Assembly (NCBI GenBank): GCA_030390025.1
Contig: CM059432.1
Span: 39,992,001 to 40,056,000, forward strand
Length of the DNA: 64,000 nucleotides
Direction: 5' to 3'
Source of the DNA: Squalus acanthias
Lineage: Eukaryota
The notes under the pieces are model-generated. The model was not told the DNA's origin. It was given only the letters and a program-made list of their open reading frames with translations, and did not search any database. The stretch's first letter is position 1. Each line of letters begins with the position of its first letter. Shown piece after piece: positions 13,930-24,589 of this stretch. A program made the translations under genes and the position numbers.

Positions 13930-14672
13930 CAGCTTGGCCTGCAAGAGAAAGGAAAGTGTGTGAGTGAGTGTACAGCTGTGTGTTTGGGAGATATGCCTGC
14001 CATAGTTGAATAGCTGTGATTGTAGGCAAGGTGTGAGATGTGAATGTGAGTTTGAGTAGGTGGAGATGCTTGGTGGGTGAGTGTTAGGGGTGTGGTGGTT
14101 TGTGTACAGACTGAGGTTCAGATGCTGGTATGTAGGACTTGTTGAAGCATGTACTCACCCTGACCACCAGAGTGAGGTTGTTGAATTTTTTGCGGCACTG
14201 TGTGAGGGTCCTGTGGACCACACTGCTGGCCGAGACACCCTGGGCCACTTCCCTCCACATTGCCCTGAAGACCTGGGACAATGGCCTCCTGCCAGTGGCC
14301 GAGAACAGCACTGCCCTCCTTCTCTCGACTGCTACGACCAATGCCTCCAATGCCTGGTTGCTGAAATGGCGAGCTCTCTCCCTGGGACAGGGATCAGCCA
14401 TGAGGATAAGAGGTGTAACTGTTGAGTTGCTTGGAGGTCACCTCAGAGCCAGCAATGTTGGGAATGAGGTTGTGCAGAATGATTGAACCTCCCCTTTTAA
14501 GAACTGGAAGGAGCCAATGTGAATGATGAGTCCCGATTGGACTGCATCTGAAATTGGTTATCGTTCTGTGGGTAGCGCCCAGCTCTGTGTGTATTGCCCT
14601 ATGTTAGGTGATTACTGTTTGATTTAGCGCTCCAGTTCTCTCTCGGAGTGCTAACAATCAATTTAGTGGGAG
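13930..14672 (-). mobile_element. Harbinger end with Myb/SANT exon 1 and intron 1
   Basis: ORF 14084-14401 RARHFSNQALEALV...WREVA...QCRKKFNNL; closely similar to 61570-62290. Confidence 0.85.
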
Positions 14673-14682
14673 TTCAGAAGGA

Positions 14683-16291
14683 TTAGAATCATAGAATCAT
14701 AGAAAGTTACAGCACGGAAGGAGGCCATTTCGGCCCATCGTGTCCGCGACGGCCAACAAAGAGCTATCCAGCCTAATCCCACTTCCCAGCTCTTGGTCCG
14801 TAGCCCTGCAGGTTAGAGCATCCCAAGTGCACATCCAAGTACTTTTTAAATGTGGTTAGGGTTCCTGCCTCTACCACCCTTTCAGGCAGTGAGTTCCAGA
14901 CCCCCACAACCCTCTGGGTGAAGAAATTTCCCCTCAAACCCCTCTATACCTTCCACCAATTACTTTAAATCTGTGCCCCCTGGTTTTTAACCCCTCTGCT
15001 AAGGGAAATAGGTCCTTTCTATCCACTTTATCTATGCCCCTCATAATTTTATATACCTCAATAAGGTCTCCCCTCAGCCTCCTCTGTTCCAAGGAAAACA
15101 GACCCAGCCTATCCAGTCTTTCCTCATAGCTAAGATTCTCTACTCCCGGCAACATCCTTGTAAATCTCCTCTGTACCCTCTCTAGTGCAATCACATCTTT
15201 TCTGTAATGTGGTGACCAGAACTGCATGCGGTACTCTAGCTGAGGCCTAACTAGTGTTTTATACAATTGAAGCATAACCCCCCTGCTCTTGTATTCTATG
15301 CCACGACTAATAAAGGCAAGCATTCCGTATGCCTTCTTAACCAACTTATCTACCTGGCCTGCTACCTTCAGGGATCTGTGGACATGCACTCCAAGGTCCC
15401 TTTGTTCCTCTACACTACTCAGTGTCCTACCATTTAATGTGTATTCCCTTTCCTTGTTAGTCCTCCCCAAATGCATTACCTCACACTTCTCCGGAATCAA
15501 TTCCATTTGCCACTGTTCTGCCCACCTGACCAATTTATTGATATCTTCCTGCAGTCTACAGCTTCCTTCTTCAGTATCAACCACACAGCCGATTTTAGTA
15601 TCATCTGCAAACTTCTTAATCATACACCCTATATTCAAGTCTAGATCATTGATATATACCACAAAAAGCAACGGACCTAGTACTGAGCCCTGCGGAACCC
15701 CACTGGAAACAGCCTTCCAGTCACAAAAACACCCATCAACCATTACCCTCTGCTTCCTGTCTCCAAGCCAGTTTTGAATCCAACTTGACATTTTGCCCTG
15801 GATCCCATGGGCTTTTAACTTCATGACCAGTCTGCCATGTGGAACCTTATCAAAAGCCTTGCTAAAGTCCATCAAACGCACTACCCTCATCTACCCTCCT
15901 TGTTACCTCCTCAAAAAATTCAATCAAGTTTGTCAGACATGACCTTCCCTTAACAAATCCGTGCTGACTATCCTTAATTAATCCGTGTCTTTCTAAATGA
16001 AGATTTATCCTGTCCTTCAGAATTCTTTCCAATAATTTTCCCACCACCGAGGTTAGGCTGACTGGCCTGTAATTACTCGGTCTATCCTTTTCTCCCTTTT
16101 TAAACAAGGGTACCACATTAACAGTCCTCCAGTCCTCCGGCACCACACCTGAAGCCAGAGAGGATTGAAAAATGATGGTCAGAGCTTCTGCAATTTTCTC
16201 TTTTGCTTCGCTTAACAGCCTGGGATACATTTCATCCGGGCCTGGGGTTTTATCCACTTTTAAAGCTGCTAAACCCCTTAATACTTCCTCT
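14683..16291 (-). mobile_element. CR1 LINE RT and 3' end, 5'-truncated
   Basis: ORFs 15862-16257 and 14934-15890 (NYRPVSLTS, DFSKAFDKV, KFADD); (ATTCTATG)n tail. Confidence 0.95.
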
Positions 16292-17139
16292 CTCGCCTGG
16301 CGCTAATTCTTCAACTTTTTAAAATTTAGCACCCCAACCGGGGCAATGCCGAATTTCTAGTTCTTAATATTATCCTGAAATCAGGCCCCAGCTTTAGTTC
16401 CTTGAGAAAATACATTGGTCCAAAAATTGGAAAAACCTTTTAAAATAGAATGCAAACTTACCAAATGCATCCATATTTGGCTCTTGTGGTTTGTTTTGGC
16501 CGAGTGGATTAATACACAGGCTACCCTGTCTGTAGACAGTGCTACAGTTCATTAATACTTTAACTAGATTTAGGATAAGTTGGCCCAAGTGTGAAAAATA
16601 AAGAGAAGAGCTCTCTTGTTCATGGCCCTTTATAACGGTGAGAGTGGACTTCCTATTTTGCAGAAGAGGTGAATGTTTTTAGCAATACTTCTGGTAATGG
16701 AGTGGTGGAAATCAAGAGGTCACAATGTACCCTCTGAATTTCTGTACTTCACATTTAATTTTGGGTTGCTACGCAACACTTAAATTATTTTTAGATTTTC
16801 TTCTCTGGCTCTTGCAACCATTGTCTAGACTCACAAGAAAATTGTGCAAAACAAGTGATAGATGCACCCATGTCGAGGGTTGAGCCTCACATACACAAAT
16901 CCAGCCTACCTGGTCTGAAGCTTTGTGTTCAGTGACCTCCCATCACATGAAGGATGGCATTGAGGAAGTAAGTGACAGGACCAGTAGGAGAAAAGCTGCA
17001 ATGCTGTGACCCAAGGATTGGTTATTCTATCAAAAAAGGTGTTAAGAAGTAGTTGGCATTCAGGTTTCCAGCCCTCGGCCATGATCTGAGTAAGCAAAAA
17101 CAGAAATACGGAACCTCTGCAAAAACCTTAGAAGCGTAT

Positions 17140-17528
17140 TTTTTTTTATTCGTTCATGGGATGTGGGCATCGCTGGCAAGGCCAGCATTTATTGCCCATC
17201 CCTAGTTGCCCTTGAGCAGGTGGTGGTAAGCCGCCGCCTTGAACCGCTGCAGTCCGTGTGGTGAAGGTACTCCCACAGTGCTGTTAGGGAGAGAGTTCCA
17301 GGATTTTGACCCAGCGATGATGAAGGAACGGCGATATACTTCCAGGTCAGGATGGTGTGTGACTTGAAGGGGAACTTGGAGGTGGTGGTGTTCCCATGCG
17401 CCTGCTGCCCTTGTCCTTCTAGATTATGGGTTTGGGAGGTGCTGCCGAAGAAGCCTTGGCGAGTTGCTGCAGTGCATCTTGTAGATGGCGCACACTGCAG
17501 CCACGGTACGCCAGTGATGGAGGGAGTA
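17140..17528 (-). mobile_element. Family X LINE 3' fragment
   Basis: Reverse complement of the 11190-11569 region with poly(T). Confidence 0.85.
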
Positions 17529-17795
17529 TAAACCTTTGATATAGGCCTGTTTGAGCCATTATAATTGAACATCACAGTGCCATTAACACAGGAACTAAAA
17601 CAAATGGACGAGGCAATTGCCTTAGACCTTTAACGAATGCTGATTTAATCCACTGGTTTGAAAAACATTGTATTGTTATTTATTTTATTTGTTGCAGAGT
17701 TAACCTTTATCATAACAGTCTAATGTTTTACGTCATGTTTTCTCGTAATTTAAATGCATAGCATTACAGTAAAAAAAAGCAGTAACTGTGATTAT

Positions 17796-18235
17796 GGCCT
17801 ACACGGTGGCATAGTGGTTAGCACTGGTGCCTCACAGCGCCAGGGACCCGGGTTCGAATCTGACCTCGGGTGACTGTCTGTGTGGAGTTTGCACATTCTC
17901 CCCGTGTCTGCGTGGGTTTCCTCCGGGTGCTCCGGTTTCCTCCCACATTCCAAAAATGTGCGGGTTAGGTTGATTTGGCTATGATAAATTGACCCTTAGT
18001 GTTAGGGGGGGGATTAAATATGTGGGGTTATGGGGATAGGATGGGATATGTTAGGGGGAATTAAAATATACGTGGGGTTACGGGGGTAGGGTGGGATATG
18101 TGTACTGTGGGGATTAAAGCAGGGACAGGGTACTGGATTTGGATGATCAGCCATGATCGTATTGAATGGTGGAGCAGGCTCGACGGGCTGAATGGCCTAC
18201 TCCTGCTCCTAGATTCTATGTTTCTATGTTTCTAT
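17796..18235 (+). mobile_element. V-SINE (HE1-like): tRNA head, V domain, CR1 3' tail
   Basis: A box GGTGGCATAGTGG, B box GGTTCGAATC; V-domain TGTGTGGAGTTTGCACATTCTCCCCGTGTCTGCGTGGGTTTCCTCCGGGTGCTCCGGTTTCCTCCCAC; CR1-type tail. Confidence 0.9.
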
Positions 18236-18829
18236 TATTACTGTGTTAACAAGCATATTTGTGACACTAATCTGCATAACAATTTTAAAAGAAAAGAATT
18301 AACATTAATTTTAAAGTAAAATATGAGACACTGCAAACAATTGGTCACTAATTCACATAGAATAATAACATTTTAAAGGTCTGTATTTTCATGCATAATT
18401 GAGCTTTTCACTGAGTGACAACACCAATAACTGTTCCTGTTCTTGTGGAACACTCTTTTGATATTGTTATAGCTTGAATTTCAAAAGGTAGTATCAACAA
18501 AAGTTGCTTTACTTCATTTTTACCTCAGGCTATTTGCTGCTGTGTTCTCGTCTTACTTTCACTGGGGAGTTCCAGGAAGCCCGGGAAACCCCTGGACCCA
18601 AAGTTAAAGTGGAAAATCCATGTCAATATCGCTCTAATTGAACGATTAACATATGGTAATTGACAACCCGCCTCTCCCGAGGGGATTGCGCGCACGCAGC
18701 CTAACGTGCTCGAATGAAAGGCGGAAGTCGACGGGTTGGAGCTGACTTCCCGATGTGCTGTCAGTTTTGCCGGTTTTAACCCCCCCACCCACACTCAAAT
18801 CCACGCGCTCCTCAAGGTTAATATTCAGC

Positions 18830-19140
18830 CCCATCACTTTGGTCTTCCCAATATTTAATTTGAGGAAATTGCAGCTTATCCAAGACTGGATGTCGGATAA
18901 GCAGTCTGACAATACAAAGACAGTGAAGAGGTCAAGAGAGGTGGTGGTGAGGTAAGCTGTGTATTGTCAATGTACATGTGAAACCTGACCACATGTCTTC
19001 AGATGATCTCACCAAGAGACAGCATGCAGATGAGAATGAGGCCAAGGATAGATCCTTGCGGGACTTTCGAGGTATCAGTGCGTTGGCAGGAAGGGAAGCC
19101 ATTATTGGAGATGCTCTGCCTACAATTGAATCAGTAAGTT
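18830..19140 (-). mobile_element. L2 LINE RT fragment
   Basis: SDCLSDIQSWISCNFLKLNIGKTKV is typical of L2 ORF2. Confidence 0.75.
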
Positions 19141-19224
19141 AAATCAAGAACTGACTCCCCAAAAGGGGTTGGGAAATGGGGCACCAATTCATGGGATGTT
19201 GCCATTGCACCAAAAAGAAAAAAA

Positions 19225-19675
19225 ATAAAGAAAAGATTTGGATTTATTTAGCGCCTTTCACGACCCCAGGATGTCCCAAAGCGCTTTACAGCCATTGAAG
19301 TACTTTTTTGAAGTGTAGTCATTATTGTAATGTAGGAAGCATGGCAGAAAATTTGTGCACAGCAAGCTCCCATGGCAGATAATTTGCTTTTGTTATGTTG
19401 ATTGAGGGATAAATATTGGCCAGAACACCAGGGATAACTCCCCTGCTCTTCGTCAAAATAGTGCTATGGTACTTTTACGCCCACCTGAGAGCAGACGGCA
19501 CCTCGGTTTAACATCCCATCCAAAAGACGGCACCTCTGACAGTGCAGCACTCCCTCAGTACTGCACTGGAGCGTCAGCCTAGATTTTTGTGCTCAAGTCT
19601 CTGGAGTGGGACTTGAATCCACAAACTTCTGACTCAGAGGCGAGAGCGCTATCCACTGAGCCACAGCTGACACAT
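19225..19675 (-). mobile_element. Deu-domain SINE (SacSINE1-like)
   Basis: tRNA-like head TGTGGCTCAGTGGATAGC...GGATTCAAGTCCC; central GCAGTACTGAGGGAGTGCTGCACTGTC; tail AAAGGCGCTAAATAAAT. Confidence 0.8.
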
Positions 19676-21407
19676 AAAAAGCAGAAAACAGTTGCTTAAA
19701 CTCACTTAAATTAGGGGCTATTACAACCATGAAGAAGAGAGGACCTTCTGTCACCTCTTATCCCAGTTGAAATTGGATGTTTACTCCAGAAGTGAAAGTA
19801 CAATATTTAATTACACTGTACCATCCAATCCCCTGGAAGGAATTTATCAAATGGAACAAAACTGTAAATGCTTGTGTACTGGTATTAGAACTGAAAGTGC
19901 CAGGCTAGCTGCATGCAAACTAATAAAACAAGACAGCATGTATAGAGACAAAGACAGGTGACCATTTGCAGGTACAACACCAAATTACAGACGGAAGGGA
20001 TGATATCTGTAGATACCCTGACTGATGGCGTCATAGGATCACGATCCCAGCTTCAGACGGGTGCCTTTGACGCCTACTCAGAATAGCAGGTTAAAATGGA
20101 AGACAAAGGAATCCAGTCGGTAGGTCACCTGCTCAATTTTAACTGCCTACTGTAACATAAAAGTCAATTCAAAAGTCTTCTATAGGCAAATAAATAATAA
20201 ACGGGTAGTAAGAGGGGGGGTGGGACCGATTAGGGACCAAAAAAGAGACCTAATCATGGAGGCAGATGGCATGGCTGAGGTACTAAATTAGTACTTTGCA
20301 TCTGTCTTCACCAAGGAAGAAGATGCTGCCAAAGTCATAGTGAAAGGGGAGGTAGTGGAGATACGGGATGAGATAAAAATTGATAAAGAGGAGGTATTAG
20401 AAAGGCTGTCTGTACTTAAAGTTGATAAGTCAAAAGGACCAGATGGGATGCATCCTAGGATGCTGAGGGAGGTTAAGGAGGAAATCGCGGAGGTACTGGC
20501 CATAATCTTCCAATCCTCCTTAGATACGGGGCTGGTGCCAGAGGACTGGACAATTGCAAATGTTACACCCTTGTTCAAAAAAGGGTGTAAGGATAAACCC
20601 AGCAACTATAGGCCAGTCAGTTTAACCTCGGTAGTGGGGAAGCTTTTAGAAAGGATAATCAGGGACAAAGTTAACAGTTACTTGGACAAGTGTGGATTAA
20701 TTAAGGAAAGCCAGCATGGATTTGTTAAAGGCAAATCGTGTTTAACTAACTTGATTGAGTTTTTTGATGAGGTAACAGAGAGGGTTGATGAGGGCAATGC
20801 GGTTGACCTGGTGTATATGGATTTCCAAAAGGCATTTGATAAAGTGCCACATAATAGGCTTGCCAGCAAAGTTGAAGCCCATGGAATAAAAGGGACAGTG
20901 GCAGCAAGGATACGAAATTGGTTAAGTGACAAGAAACAGAGAGTAGTGGTGAACGGTTGTTTTTCGGACTGGAGGAAGGTATACAGTGGTGTTCCCAGGG
21001 GTCGATACTAGGATCACAGCTTTTGTTGATATATATTAAAGACTTAGGGGGAAAAGTTCAGTATCGCCCCATTTGGGGCGCAATTATCGGCCGGGCGCAA
21101 AGATTAGCGCCTGCCGCTAATTATCGCCACTGACTGCAAACTTGACTTTTAACGCCCCGGGAGGTGATTGGAGCGCTAAATCAGGCGCTGCTCACCTGTC
21201 TTAAGGCGCAAAGGCTGAGGAGTGAGGCGCTAACTCAGAGCGCGGGCGCAGCGCAGGTGATGTCAGTTAGCGATGGAACACAGACACACTGGCGCCGGCC
21301 AGTTCTTAAAGGGGAGGGTCGATCTTGCTCTCCAGCCACACCCTGCTCATTGGAGCCTTGAATCTCGACCTGGAGAGACCTGTGATTACATTTTCAAGCC
21401 AAGGACT

Positions 21408-23206
21408 ATGGAGAGGGTGAGAGAACGAGCTCAGCGCTTCAGCGAGCGGGCCTTGGATGCTCTGGTTGGCGCGGTGGAGCGCAGAAAATCTATACTCTTC
21501 CCTGAGAGTGGCAGGAGGCCTTTGCCCCGCGAGTACAGAAGAGTGTGGAGGGAGGTGGCTCAGAGCGTCTCCTGCAGGAGCATGGTGCCCAGGACCCATG
21601 AACAATGCCGAAAAAAGTTCAACGACCTCACTCGGGTCGTCAGGGTGAGTGGCTTTTTATCAATACCTCTCCATCCCTCCATCTCAACCTCACTCTATGG
21701 CCAGAGGGTCTTAAAACCCCAATTAACAACACTCATCCAACACCTATAGCCCTTTCATGAAACACACACACACATTCCACACTTTGCATACAGTAAGGGC
21801 TATTCACCTATGGGAGGCACATCAGGCAAGACCATGGCTGCATACAATAAGGGCTATTCACCTATGGGAGGCACATCAGGCAAGACCATGGCTGTATATT
21901 TACTCAGACGCCGTCCTTTTTCTTGCAGGCCAAGCTGTCTCATAATAGGAGACAGCAGCAACGGACGGGTGGAGGGCGGCCTCAGCTGCAACCCCTCAGC
22001 GATCTTGAGGAGCGCGTCGACAGGATTGTGGCAAGCCGGGTGATCGGTCCCGTCGCCACTGGAGACGCCGACCCCGTTCTGGACAGCAATGGTAAGGTCA
22101 TCACCTTTTTGTCCTCTGTCCTTCCACTTGTCCCTCACAACACCAGCCTTTGACACTTTCAATCCAACTTACTAAATCGCTGCACTTATTCCTCCCTTAC
22201 TGCCACCCTGTCCTCACGCTAAAGCCACTCTTGTACCTCCCTGCTTTCAGATGGTGATTCACCAGCTGAGGAGACGGGCCTTCAAGCTGCCAGTGGAAGT
22301 GAAGCTGCAGCCGAGGAGGAAGATGAAGGCGGAGCGTCAGTGCCACCCTCTCCCGAGGAAGCCCATGCCCACACTGGGAACACGCCTTCCCTGGAGGGGA
22401 GCAGGGGGGAAGGGTCTGATGAGGGTGAAGCTCCAGGACCCAGCGGGCTGCAGCAACGCCATGGGGGTAGGGAAGCTCGGGGGCCTTCTCCCCGGAGGGA
22501 GAGTAGGCCAGCGAGTCCTGCTGCACTGGACGCAGAGGAGGAGCGGCTCATCGCTGAAATGAACACCCAGGCGGTGGACATGCACACTGAGCTCATGGGT
22601 GCAGTGGGAAGGGTGCCCGAATGCATTGAAGCACTGGCAAGGAGTGTGGAGCACTTCGCTGTAGCACAGGCGGATGCCACGCTACAGCTTAGTGCTGCAA
22701 TTCAGTCTCAGACTGCTGTCATGCAGACTCAGATTGAGGCCATGCGAGCACTGACTGCTGCCATCCTCGATGGTTCGGACACATTTCCCCGGGGCTCTCA
22801 CCGCGCCGCAGCAGACCAGCAATCTGTGCTCCAGCAGATTGCTCCGGATGCTGAAGTGCTGCCCCGTGGGAGTGCCAGTGTGTCGGTCGAGCAGGGAGTT
22901 GCTGTCCTCTCTCAAGATGACAGCATTCCTGCTGCCACCACTGTCACTTCTCCACTGCACTTGCCACCGCCTGTAGGACAGACTGCTGCCGCCCATGCAG
23001 AGTTGGTGCAGTCTGCAGCCGGGCCCTCCAGGCCCAGAGCTGGTCGAGGCCGTCCTTCAAGGACATCTGCAGTCTCAGGTTATGAAAATCAGCAGCCTTC
23101 CACCAGCCTTGCTGCAGCCACTGAGGTCCCATTACGGAGGAGCAGTAGGGTGGGAAGGGGGGAAGTGCGCAAGGGAAGGAGATCACCCTCGAAGGGCAAA
23201 AAGTAG
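21408..23206 (+). CDS. Harbinger Myb/SANT-like DNA-binding protein, 3 exons (21408-21644, 21929-22091, 22251-23206), 451 aa
   Basis: RAQRFSERALDALV...WREVA...QCRKKFNDL; GT-AG sites with phases 0 and 1 join into one open frame. Confidence 0.88.
21787..21894. repeat. 54-bp tandem duplication in intron 1
   Basis: CATACARTAAGGGCTATTCACCTATGGGAGGCACATCAGGCAAGACCATGGCTG x2 with one mismatch. Confidence 0.95.
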
Positions 23207-23503
23207 GAGGTGTGACAAAATGTTTGTCAATTTTTTATTAAAGGCCGAGGTTCATGTTTAAACTTTTGTTTAGTGTTTTGGACATTATCTCCAGTTATGT
23301 TAATGACTGTTTTTTTGTATTTCTTTCTATTAGTTTGTCATGAAGAAATGACACACACAGAGTTTGTAAAATAAATAAGTTTCTGTATTCAAAATGTACA
23401 TGTTTGGTCTTTGGAATCATTACTGCCTTGGCCGGCTTAGGGGTTGCGGGTTGGTTTCATTCATGTTGTTCTCAATGTCTGAAGCCATTTCCTCAGCAGG
23501 GGC

Positions 23504-24589
23504 CTAGAAGCGGCTTGCTATCAGCTGTTGACGGACGGCCCTTGCAGTTTGACCATTGTGGGCCGCCCTCCCGCCTTGGTGCTGCTGATGATCATCCTCC
23601 TCCTCCTCTTCCTCCTCTTCCTCCTCCTCCTCCTCTGGTGGTGCTCCAAGGCCTGGTGGCATTGGCTGGGTCCTGACGATTGCCATGTTATGCAGCATGC
23701 AGCACACAACTACGAAGTGGGAAACTCGCTCAGGCGAGTACTGCAGGGCTCCTCCAGAATGGTCCAGACAGCGGAACCGTTGCTTCAGCACGCCGATTGT
23801 GTGCTCAACGATGTTCCTGGTAGCTTGATGGCTCTCGTTGTACCGCAGCTCAGCAGGGGTGTTGGGCGTACGGAGCGGTGTCATCAGCCAGGTGCTCAGT
23901 GGATACCCCTTGTCCCCGAGAAGCCAACCAACTGGCTGATGCGGTGCCTCGAAAAGTTCTGCCACAGTAGTCTGGCGCAGGATGAAAGCATCGTGGCAGC
24001 TGCCAGGATAGTGGGCATTGACAGCGAGTATCAGCTGTCTGTGGTCACAGACCAACTGAACATTCAAGGAATGGAACCCCTTTCTGTTCCGGAAATCCTC
24101 GGCATTCTCATGCGGAGCACGCAAAGCCACATGCGTGCAGTCAATGGCGCCCTGCACCATGGGGAAGCCCGCTATCCTCGCAAAGCCCAGAGCGCGTTCA
24201 TGCTGCTTGTCTGGGGTCATGGGGAAAGAGATGTACTCTCGTCTCCTTTTAAAGAGGGCATTTGTGACGTGACGGATGCAGCAATGCACCGCGAACTGGG
24301 AGATATTGGCGAGGTCCCCAGCAGCAGATTGAAATGAGCCAGTAGCATAAAAGTTCAGAGCCACTGTGATCTTCAGTGCCACCGACAGAGATGTCCTGGA
24401 CCTCAGTTGAGGCTGCAGATCTGGCTGCAGCAGGTGGCAGAGCTCAGTGAGCACCTCCTTGCTGAAGCGCAGCCTTCGCAAACACTGCTCATCAGACATA
24501 TGAATGTAGGAGAGCTGGTCACGATATACCCTGGGAGGGTAAGCTCTCCTGTACAGACGCCTGTTGGCCCTCCTCCGTCTGCCCATCAT
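23504..24589 (-). CDS. Harbinger DDE transposase (HARBI1-like), 361 aa from the in-frame ATG at 24589
   Basis: GAIDCTHV, HDAFIL, LLGDKGYPL, RNIVEHTIGVLKQRFRCL uninterrupted; probable original ATG at 24669 is out of frame. Confidence 0.93.
   Translation of the reverse strand: MMGRRRRANRRLYRRAYPPRVYRDQLSYIHMSDEQCLRRLRFSKEVLTELCHLLQPDLQPQLRSRTSLSVALKITVALNFYATGSFQSAAGDLANISQFAVHCCIRHVTNALFKRRREYISFPMTPDKQHERALGFARIAGFPMVQGAIDCTHVALRAPHENAEDFRNRKGFHSLNVQLVCDHRQLILAVNAHYPGSCHDAFILRQTTVAELFEAPHQPVGWLLGDKGYPLSTWLMTPLRTPNTPAELRYNESHQATRNIVEHTIGVLKQRFRCLDHSGGALQYSPERVSHFVVVCCMLHNMAIVRTQPMPPGLGAPPEEEEEEEEEEEEEDDHQQHQGGRAAHNGQTARAVRQQLIASRF

Noticed and set aside
21787..21894. CRISPR-like repeat
   Set aside because: Two abutting units with no spacer; eukaryotic intron
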